Part shown: positions 25,404-32,000 of the stretch, piece by piece
Layout: every line of letters starts with the position of its first letter
Position numbering within the stretch: position 1 is the stretch's first letter
NCBI GenBank assembly: GCA_025839675.1
Contig: CP104013.1
Location: 3,210,001-3,242,000 of the forward strand
Length of the DNA stretch: 32,000 bases
Origin: Candidatus Lokiarchaeum ossiferum
Lineage (GTDB): Archaea > Asgardarchaeota > Lokiarchaeia > Sigyniarchaeales > Promethearchaeaceae
Direction: 5' to 3'
The notes under the pieces: model-generated
Told to the model about the DNA's origin: nothing
Seen by the model: the letters and a program-made list of their open reading frames with translations, nothing else
Database searches by the model: none
Made by a program: the position numbers and the translations under genes

Positions 25404-25793
25404 ATTGAGGAAACACTATCCAACTATAATCTATGTTATATCATCAAGAAGGGTCTGTGAAATATTAAATATGGTGAGCCGACAGAATTTTTTATTTACT
25501 TAAAATCCGTCAATTTCTCCCCATCAATTTGAAATAGCCTAAAAAACAAATTATTTAGCTACAAACATTCATAGGGGTTCGTTAAATGCAAGAGAGAGAT
25601 AACAATGGAAGTAGAAAAAAATATATGCGATTTCAAAAGAATAAATGTCCGACAAAAAATAGACAAGCCATTTGAGAATTAAAAATTCAATATATTCCAA
25701 ATAGATTAACAAAAAATTATTGTCCATTTTTTTTTTTCCATCAAGTGTTCACAAATCTAAATTTTGAAATCCGAAAGTGCATTGTTCATTCAT

Positions 25794-27236
25794 ATGAAAT
25801 CAAATTTTGCGTTTATTGGTTTTATGGGGACAGGAAAATCGACCGTAGCAAAATTATTCTCTCAACAATTTAACCTAAAATTTGTGGAAATTGATGCAGT
25901 GATTGAAAAAAAGGCAAAAAGAACAATTCCTGAAATTTTTCATGAAGGAGAAGAGATATTTCGGAAATATGAATCAGAAGTTATTATTGAAAGCACAAGT
26001 TTAAGCAATACTTGTATATCTTGCGGCGGTGGAGCCATATTAGATAAAATCAATAGAGAGTATTTATCAAAATCATCCATAATCATATTGTTAGAAGCGA
26101 CACCCTCCACAATTTTTCAACGAATAAAAGAAGAAGGGATTAAAAAGAGACCCCTTCTTAATAAAGAAGATCCGATTAAAGAAATTACAAATTTACTCAT
26201 TTCACGACAAGAATTATATCATGAAGTGGCAGATATAATAATTAGTACAGATGACAAGACTTTAGAACAAATTATCAATGAAATTGTCGAAAATCTTGAA
26301 AAAAATGATGATGAAAACTTGGTTGATGTGGATTTGGAAGTAGCATTTAATCAAATTAAAGAAGAAATCTCTCAAAAAAAAGAGACTAATAAAAAAACGA
26401 TCAATTATTATTGCAAAATCTGTGGAAAAAAGCAGGAAATGAAGAAAACTAAATTTTGTAAGGTTTGCAAAATTCCTGTATGCAAAAAATGTCGGAATGG
26501 TCAATTTTGTATTAATTGTTGGGTAAATTTCAAAGAAGATCCTCGAAAAACAATCAAATTAACTCAAACTTTGGCATTATTTATTCCCTTTATTACTGTT
26601 TTTATTTTGTTAAGTGATGTAATTCGATATTTTATTACAAATATAGTAATTATTTCTATTTTACTCCTGATTTCCTTTGTTGCAAGGTTTCAGATAATTA
26701 AAAATCCAACAAAGTTCATTGAACTGAGCTGGTGGCAAAATACTCAAACTGAAAAATATCAAGAAATTTTGAATCCTTTGACACCTGAACGTTATATAAA
26801 TAAAGAATTGATCCAAAATTATCAAGATCAAAAACAAAAAAAAATCAAGAAACTAAAAAATTGGATTGAAATGGGTGATCAATTAGCAAATATTCCAATC
26901 CCAGCCCATTATGAAGATAAAAAACTGCATAAGGGAGATATTTCAGAATATTCAGAAGCTGAATTAGTTTCGACAATTGAAAATCTTGACAAAAATGCAG
27001 ATAGAAAGAAATGGGAATATTTGTTAATTGACAAACCTTGTCCAAAGTGCCAATCTATTATTAAATTTGCAGATTTTTGTATTGAGTGTAATGAGAGATA
27101 TTGCCCTAAATGTGGAGAAAATTCCGATTCGTATTCTTTGAAATGTATTTGTGGATATAATTTCGAACCACTCCCTAGCGAGTTCATGAAATGGACTAAT
27201 ACAAATGAAGTTTTATTCCAAAAAAAAAAAGATTGA
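25794..27236 (+). CDS. AroK-type (P-loop) shikimate kinase domain fused to an 8-Cys zinc module, two TM helices and a C-terminal double zinc ribbon
   Basis: The N-terminal roughly 170 aa carry Walker A GFMGTGKST, EID, GEEIFRKYE, CGGGA and KKRPLL, all in the order of AroK/AroL shikimate kinases. Next comes CKICG-x11-CKVC-x4-CKKC-x5-CINC, then hydrophobic segments LALFIPFITVFILL and IVIISILLLISFVA. The C-terminus has CPKC-x9-CIEC-x4-CPKC-x10-CIC. The ATG at 25794 is preferred to the TTG at 25764. Confidence 0.75.
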   Translation: MKSNFAFIGFMGTGKSTVAKLFSQQFNLKFVEIDAVIEKKAKRTIPEIFHEGEEIFRKYESEVIIESTSLSNTCISCGGGAILDKINREYLSKSSIIILLEATPSTIFQRIKEEGIKKRPLLNKEDPIKEITNLLISRQELYHEVADIIISTDDKTLEQIINEIVENLEKNDDENLVDVDLEVAFNQIKEEISQKKETNKKTINYYCKICGKKQEMKKTKFCKVCKIPVCKKCRNGQFCINCWVNFKEDPRKTIKLTQTLALFIPFITVFILLSDVIRYFITNIVIISILLLISFVARFQIIKNPTKFIELSWWQNTQTEKYQEILNPLTPERYINKELIQNYQDQKQKKIKKLKNWIEMGDQLANIPIPAHYEDKKLHKGDISEYSEAELVSTIENLDKNADRKKWEYLLIDKPCPKCQSIIKFADFCIECNERYCPKCGENSDSYSLKCICGYNFEPLPSEFMKWTNTNEVLFQKKKD

Positions 27237-27334
27237 TATGATAATAATAAAAAATGGAATATTAGAGAATTTGAATTATAAAATTTCAGTTGAGGAAAAA
27301 ATTAAAACCTCAAAAAAACCTATGTAATTAATGG

Positions 27335-27760
27335 GTGAAGAATTTGTCAGAAATACAACTTGATAAAGATTTGCAAATAGATTTACATCGAATGTTGGAG
27401 TTACTTGAAAGTTCGACGGATTTAGAGGGAACGGCTTTAGTAACAAAAACAGGCCTTAGAATAGCGAGTTCTACTCACGCTTCTACAGATGTTGATCAAC
27501 ACAGTGCAAGTCCAGCAACTTTAGTCTCTTTGGCAAATAAAGTATCTCAAGGATTGGATTTTGGAAATTTAAAACAGTTAGTAGTAACGGGCGAAAATGG
27601 CTACACAATAATTACAACTACTGAAGAAAGCAAATTTATGTTACTTTCCCATAGCAAACGCGCATCTACATTGGGATATTACTTTCATCGCTTGTCAAAA
27701 GCTTTTGGAAAATTAGTTGCCCTCTTGGTTGATATCCAAATCGGGGAAGCGACTTATTAA
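27335..27760 (+). CDS. Roadblock/LC7 (MglB-like) domain protein
   Basis: 141 aa. The pattern LLESSTDLEGTALVTKTGLRIASS...LKQLVVTGENGYTIITT matches the Roadblock/LC7 alpha-beta fold consensus. The track start is GTG at 27335, and the start is uncertain. Confidence 0.72.
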   Translation: MKNLSEIQLDKDLQIDLHRMLELLESSTDLEGTALVTKTGLRIASSTHASTDVDQHSASPATLVSLANKVSQGLDFGNLKQLVVTGENGYTIITTTEESKFMLLSHSKRASTLGYYFHRLSKAFGKLVALLVDIQIGEATY

Positions 27761-27780
27761 AGATGCTCAAAAAACTCTTA

Positions 27781-29247
27781 TTATTGAGGAATTATTTTTT
27801 CGTAGGATTTTGAATAATCCAGTTTGATATCTTTAAATAATTGTAATTCTACTTCATTTTGACCGGATGAAAGCAAATTTAGTTGAGTTTTATTTACTCT
27901 AACTTCAACATTACCTTTTTGACCAAATGAAGAGACAATTTTATCATATGGAGGTTCAGCATTCAAATTGAGAATGCTTTGAGCACCTTTCAAAGATGCA
28001 GCTAATCCTTCAACGATTACTGTATTTGGAGAGTAATTTAGTTTAGTTACAATTCCATGCTTCATTTTAATCTTATTCAATAGAGGGGGATTAAAATGCA
28101 CTTTTTTGATTTTTGCTGATCCCATAATTCTCAGAGCTTTAGGTGATAAATCTAATCTACTCAGAAGAAAAACATCAGAGTCTCGAATATATTCTTCAGT
28201 AGCCAACCATAAAATGGCACGATACTTCTTTTTTGATCGCGGAGGGTGGAAAGCCACGGGATAGCGTTGTCCTGATTTTTGAAGTGTATAAAAAGGAAAA
28301 ATTCGAGCATTCAATGCCATCATGCCATGATTTACATTTATGGATTGACCAAATTTGCACCCCAATTGAAATAATGCTAATTCTTCAACTTGAATCTCAA
28401 AAATTTGAGCTTTCTTATATTTATCACCTTCATTTGTAGCAAAACATCCTCGATATATTCGATTTGAATCAATTTGAGTAACAGCAATTCCACATCGATC
28501 TCCCGCAACAACAAATTGGGCATTTTCTTTCCATTTTTGAATGGATTTGATGCGTGTAGATATTTTTGGAGGTAAAATTAGTAATTCATCACCAATCTTA
28601 ACTTGACCACTAATTGCAGTTCCAGTTAAAATGGTTCCGAATCCTTTTTTGTTAAAATGATGATCAAATAGAAAATGCAGAGGAGTTTCCGAAACACGCT
28701 TAATTTTCATGCTTTTAATTGTTGTTAATAAATAATCTTTAACTACACCAAATCCCCTATTTTGTTTGGCCGAAACATTAAATGTCTTATATTGTGTTTT
28801 ATATCGAGTTGCTTGCATAATTTGCTTCATTTGACCTTCCAAGATAGAAATCTGCTCAGGATTAACCATTTCAATTTTATTAAATAGAACGACAACTTCC
28901 TTAATTTCGAGAATATCCAAAATTAATAAATGTTCACCAGTTTGAACTTGAGGTCCTTGAACTGCATCCACGACAAGAATTGCAAGATCAATGATATTTG
29001 CACAACTAACTACACTACGAATTAAATCTGCATGACCTGGAGCATCCACCAAAGTAATCATATACTCATCAAGAGGAAAAAAAGTGAAACCCAAATCAAT
29101 GGTGATTCCGCGTTTTTTAGATTGAGGATGTTTATCCAAACCCGCGGTTGAGACAACTTCACTTAAGCATCTGGCGATCGCAGTTTTTCCGGCATCTATA
29201 TGTCCTAGAAGACCGATGTGTATAGGAGTGTACTCATTTCTTGTCAT
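27781..29247 (-). CDS. SelB-type translational GTPase (selenocysteine-specific elongation factor or SelB-like paralog)
   Basis: 488 aa. G1 is GHIDAGKT and G3 is DAPGH. The SelB-like switch region is STAGLDKHPQSKKRGITIDLGF, followed by GPQVQTGEHLLIL. G4 reads NKIE. Three beta-barrel-sized domains follow the GTPase domain. Length and pattern resemble archaeal SelB rather than EF1A or aIF2-gamma. Confidence 0.75.
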   Translation of the reverse strand: MTRNEYTPIHIGLLGHIDAGKTAIARCLSEVVSTAGLDKHPQSKKRGITIDLGFTFFPLDEYMITLVDAPGHADLIRSVVSCANIIDLAILVVDAVQGPQVQTGEHLLILDILEIKEVVVLFNKIEMVNPEQISILEGQMKQIMQATRYKTQYKTFNVSAKQNRGFGVVKDYLLTTIKSMKIKRVSETPLHFLFDHHFNKKGFGTILTGTAISGQVKIGDELLILPPKISTRIKSIQKWKENAQFVVAGDRCGIAVTQIDSNRIYRGCFATNEGDKYKKAQIFEIQVEELALFQLGCKFGQSINVNHGMMALNARIFPFYTLQKSGQRYPVAFHPPRSKKKYRAILWLATEEYIRDSDVFLLSRLDLSPKALRIMGSAKIKKVHFNPPLLNKIKMKHGIVTKLNYSPNTVIVEGLAASLKGAQSILNLNAEPPYDKIVSSFGQKGNVEVRVNKTQLNLLSSGQNEVELQLFKDIKLDYSKSYEKIIPQ

Positions 29248-29355
29248 ACAAAAAACCCAAGTTTACTAATCATTGGCTCCTAAAAATATTTTAAATCAAT
29301 TCCCCTAATTAAGCATATAGCAATTTAGTATCGAAAAAAAAAACAGTGAAATCTA

Positions 29356-30318
29356 ATGGCAAAATTTAAAGAAGTCCAATGTAACTTTTGTGGTCGAATG
29401 ATAAGAGATTCGGACAAATTCTGCATTTTTTGTGGATCAAAAGTAGGTCAGACACCCCAAAAACCATCAATATCAAAAGAAGAGAGAGACGAAATTGATA
29501 AGGAGCTAGGAACTGGAATGATCCAAGGATTGGACAAGAATGATGGAGACTCTAATCATGAAAATGCACCCTTCTTAGTTACTGAAGGTTCTCAAGATCA
29601 ATTGGATGATAGAATTCTTTCAGCGGATGAAATTGATGAGAAAAAGAAGACAAAGAAAAAAGATAAGGAGGAAGTTAGTTCTACGGTTGATCTTCCTGAA
29701 GAAATTCGAGATCAGCTCAAAACAAAAATGAAACTTGCAATTGTCGAAAATAAGAAAAAATTGCTTAAGAAAAAGTTAAAAAATCTCACCGATGGATTGG
29801 ATTCAGAGCGTTATGAATATGATATCGAATATGCTCAAGGTATGAATGCAAAATTAAATGCATTTAAAAGTGTAAAAGAAGAGTTAAAACAAGAAGAAGA
29901 TGATTTACGTGATGAATTAGGACCATCTGGCCAATTTAGAGTTGATGAATTGGATTCAGAGATGGATGTGTTAAGAGGACAATTGGTTGAGTTAAAAAGA
30001 TCATTCAAACATCACAAAATTAAACGTGATATTTATGAACAATTGAAAATGGAATATTCTACCGCCTTTAGAAAATATGAAGATGAAGTCCAAGGGTTGC
30101 GAGTTAATATTATTCGATGGCTCTCCCAAGAAAAAACAGAAAAAAACAAACTAGAAGGCCGTATCAGATTACTCCAGGCACGATTTAAAACCCATGAAAT
30201 TGATCAGGACGATTTTGATTCACAAAAATCCGATTTATCCAAGGAAATTGAACAAATCACTCAGAAAATTAAGATTCTTGAACTTTATTCTAGACCCAAA
30301 AGATCAAAATGGTTTTAA
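29356..30318 (+). CDS. N-terminal zinc-ribbon protein with acidic linker and long coiled coil
   Basis: CNFCGRMIRDSDKFCIFCGSKV (CxxC-x10-CxxC) is followed by a D/E/K-rich region and heptad-like helices through the C-terminus. It is divergent from the SelB-type gene. Confidence 0.6.
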   Translation: MAKFKEVQCNFCGRMIRDSDKFCIFCGSKVGQTPQKPSISKEERDEIDKELGTGMIQGLDKNDGDSNHENAPFLVTEGSQDQLDDRILSADEIDEKKKTKKKDKEEVSSTVDLPEEIRDQLKTKMKLAIVENKKKLLKKKLKNLTDGLDSERYEYDIEYAQGMNAKLNAFKSVKEELKQEEDDLRDELGPSGQFRVDELDSEMDVLRGQLVELKRSFKHHKIKRDIYEQLKMEYSTAFRKYEDEVQGLRVNIIRWLSQEKTEKNKLEGRIRLLQARFKTHEIDQDDFDSQKSDLSKEIEQITQKIKILELYSRPKRSKWF

Positions 30319-30385
30319 CAAAAAAATTGAAATCAAGGGATCGTCACGAAATTTTTTAAAATTTTTTTTGCTTATCAAACTTGTT

Positions 30386-30511
30386 ATGCGCAAAGTAATG
30401 ATCTCAATTATAGCTTTATTGGCAGTTTTGACCCTTGTTGCTGTAGGTTTAAATTTAAATCAACATGAATCGATCTCATCTTTCTTTTCACAAATGTCTT
30501 ATTCATCATAA
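30386..30511 (+). CDS. possible 41 aa single-pass membrane peptide
   Basis: This is the internal ATG of track ORF 30194..30511, giving MRKVMISIIALLAVLTLVAVGLNLNQ... with one clear TM helix. The upstream part of the track ORF overlaps the preceding CDS out of frame. No other support. Confidence 0.25.
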   Translation: MRKVMISIIALLAVLTLVAVGLNLNQHESISSFFSQMSYSS

Positions 30512-30567
30512 TCGAACTATTTGAGATTTAAGGATTTTTAAAAACTGTATAAAAAAAGATTTTTTAT

Positions 30568-30894
30568 TTATTCTAAGAAATTATGTGATTTTTCTCGTTT
30601 GGGTGCACTTTTATTTCCGAAATCTCGAAACTTCGTGTATTTTTCATCTTTATTTTTCAATTTCTTATATTCTTTATAATGTTTTTTACACAAAGCTGCA
30701 CGTTTTGACTTTTTTTTATCAATGTCTAAGGTCCATTTTAGTTTTGTCATATAACCATCTAGATTAGATGCTGCTAAATGATGGGACCCTTCTAGTGAAC
30801 ATCCACTAACTGAACACGAATCGTTAGTTTTTTTTATTCCCATGTCTCTCGATTGAGTAATTTTTTTTCGATGTTTAGGATTCGAACTTGGCAT
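30568..30894 (-). CDS. small basic protein with C-x4-C-x36-C-x2-H (THAP-like C2CH) zinc-finger spacing
   Basis: 108 aa and very Lys/Arg-rich. The motif reads CSVSGC...SHH...KLKW...LCKKHY, followed by a basic tail. An alternative start is at M18. Confidence 0.55.
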   Translation of the reverse strand: MPSSNPKHRKKITQSRDMGIKKTNDSCSVSGCSLEGSHHLAASNLDGYMTKLKWTLDIDKKKSKRAALCKKHYKEYKKLKNKDEKYTKFRDFGNKSAPKREKSHNFLE

Positions 30895-30947
30895 TTATAA
30901 TCAATTACAATAAATCAAATAAGGTAAAATATTTTTTGTTGCTATAT

Positions 30948-31661
30948 ATGAAAGAAAGAAAAAATGTTCTAAATAAAAAAGTAATTATTAAAAAAATAAC
31001 TCAGAATTTGAAAATTGATCCCCCTGATGAATTTGAAAGTCCTTATCTTAAAAAATCCGCCATTCTAATTTTATTGGTTGAGAAAGATTCTCAGCTTAAG
31101 ATAATCATGACTTCACGATCATCCAAATTAAACAATCATACGGGTGAAATGAGTTTTCCAGGTGGAAAATTTGATGTTTATCTTGATTACGACTTGAAGC
31201 ATACTGCAATACGTGAAACTGTCGAGGAAATTGGAATAGAAAAAAATAAAATTTCTATTTTGGGAAGGTTAAACGATCTACCTACAATAACAGGATATTT
31301 AATAAGACCCTTTATTGGAATATTGGACTGGAATGATTCAGATAATTTCGCGATTAATCATCAAGAAGTGGCCCATTTGGTAGAAATTCCATTAAACTAT
31401 CTGTTAAGAAAAAACTTATTCACTGAAACTCCAATGAAAATTTTTGAAGGGACAACAATTCCATTATTAAGCTTCGATTTTAAAGATCCTAATATTAACA
31501 AAATATTCCATATTTGGGGTGCTTCAGCTCACATACTTGCAGAATTCTTAAAAAAAATTTTTGAAATTGATAATATTAGCAATAAGTATAAACGCCCAAA
31601 CATTTCTGAAATAAATGACTATTTTAAAAAAAAATTAAAGGGTAAAAACTTGCCCCATTAA
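30948..31661 (+). CDS. Nudix hydrolase, CoA-pyrophosphatase-like subgroup
   Basis: The Nudix box is FPGGKFDVYLDYDLKHTAIRETVEEIGI (REx2EExGU core; the FPGGK...D...TA.RE pattern is typical of the NUDT7/NudL type). The ATG at 30948 is preferred, because the TTG at 30888 would overlap the divergent gene's start. Confidence 0.8.
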   Translation: MKERKNVLNKKVIIKKITQNLKIDPPDEFESPYLKKSAILILLVEKDSQLKIIMTSRSSKLNNHTGEMSFPGGKFDVYLDYDLKHTAIRETVEEIGIEKNKISILGRLNDLPTITGYLIRPFIGILDWNDSDNFAINHQEVAHLVEIPLNYLLRKNLFTETPMKIFEGTTIPLLSFDFKDPNINKIFHIWGASAHILAEFLKKIFEIDNISNKYKRPNISEINDYFKKKLKGKNLPH

Positions 31662-32000
31662 TGGAGTCTCAGTAGTGTAACCTAACTCTTGAATTTCTTT
31701 GGCAAAAGCCAATAGAACCTCGGATTCTCCATGAACACAAAATACTTTTTTCTCACCAGTAAATTTCAACTGATTTAAATAGGCTATCAAATCTGATTTT
31801 CCAGAATGAGAACTAAAATCAAAATGATTCACTTTGGCTTGCACATCTATTGCATCTTCGGGTGAATTTTTGATAAATTTACCATGATCTAATAGATATC
31901 TTCCAGGAGTATCTTCAGCTTGATATGATACAAGATTGAAAGAATTTTTTGGATCCTCGATAATATTTTCCGCATAATAACGGGCAGTTCCACCTTTTAA
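31635..32000 (-). CDS. beta-CASP / metallo-beta-lactamase-family RNA nuclease, C-terminal part only (5' end beyond the window)
   Basis: The track ORF 31635..31844 starts at an internal GTG. The same frame is open for all 52 codons up to nt 32000. The combined translation ...GGTARYYAE...VSYQAEDTPGRYLL...VQAKVNHFDFSSHSGKSDLIAYLNQL...KKVFCVHGE matches the C-terminal motifs of beta-CASP nucleases (aCPSF/RNase J type). Confidence 0.75.
   Translation of the reverse strand, partial: LKGGTARYYAENIIEDPKNSFNLVSYQAEDTPGRYLLDHGKFIKNSPEDAIDVQAKVNHFDFSSHSGKSDLIAYLNQLKFTGEKKVFCVHGESEVLLAFAKEIQELGYTTETPLMGQVFTL

Noticed and set aside
25404-25793. The longest non-coding stretch in the window (390 nt), considered as a replication origin or ncRNA locus
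   Set aside because: I see no repeated ORB-like elements, no cdc6/orc1 gene nearby, no GC-rich structured segment and no meaningful small ORF. It is most simply the divergent promoter region for the RadA-paralog/PolB cassette and the AroK-fusion gene.
30194-30385. 5' two-thirds of track ORF 30194..30511
   Set aside because: It overlaps the 3' end of the 320-aa coiled-coil gene in another frame, and its sequence is uninformative and basic. Only the distal part from ATG 30386 (a clean TM helix) is retained, as a low-confidence small ORF.
3431-30767. Other 60-100 aa track ORFs nested inside or antisense to longer genes (3431..3613, 6357..6569, 6916..7098, 8435..8617, 8846..9079, 11915..12124, 13173..13361, 15130..15381, 15763..15951, 16936..17181, 18352..18555, 18968..19156, 19018..19224, 19755..19961, 20451..20759, 22803..23078, 26262..26504, 26845..27045, 26909..27187, 28233..28439, 30585..30767)
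   Set aside because: Each overlaps a longer ORF that has recognisable family motifs or a coherent domain structure. Their products are low-complexity or Phe/Ile/Leu-rich, as expected for the antisense frames of Lys/Asn/Glu-rich genes. There is no independent support.
1-32000. Scan for rRNA, tRNA, CRISPR repeats, tandem repeats and IS elements
   Set aside because: The non-coding regions contain no GC-rich structured island of tRNA or rRNA type. I saw no regularly spaced direct repeats and no transposase-like ORF. The scan was done by eye only, so small or degenerate elements could have been missed.

Overview
This window is visibly AT-rich, gene-dense archaeal chromosomal DNA. I can support about 35 protein genes on both strands. 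I see no rRNA, tRNA, CRISPR array, transposase or integrase. The archaeal call rests on a uL3-uL4-uL23 operon, ABCE1, class I lysyl-tRNA synthetase, an NFACT/Rqc2-type protein, ThyX, a family B DNA polymerase, a RadA/Rad51 paralog, a SelB-type GTPase and a beta-CASP nuclease. Shine-Dalgarno-like GAGGTG/GAGGGG motifs precede internal operon genes. A Roadblock/LC7 gene and some eukaryote-flavoured motifs would fit an Asgard-type archaeon, but the lineage cannot be settled from this window. The most interesting content is: (1) A co-directional two-gene cassette on the minus strand (25403 to 22060). A RadA/Rad51-like protein that has lost Walker A and B sits 71 nt upstream of a family B polymerase with no intact exonuclease motif and altered motifs B and C. 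Both proteins end in PCNA-interacting-peptide-type tails. (2) Two paralogous 49 and 60 aa ribbon-helix-helix genes, one missed by the ORF track (16318..16467), bracket a translationally coupled surface-glycoprotein/4-TM gene pair. (3) An AroK-type shikimate kinase is fused to two 8-Cys zinc modules and a membrane hairpin. (4) A small basic protein has THAP-like C2CH spacing. (5) The ribosomal-protein operon stops after uL23, and pyrI occurs without pyrB. All family calls come from motif recognition by eye. No database search, structure prediction or statistics could be run.
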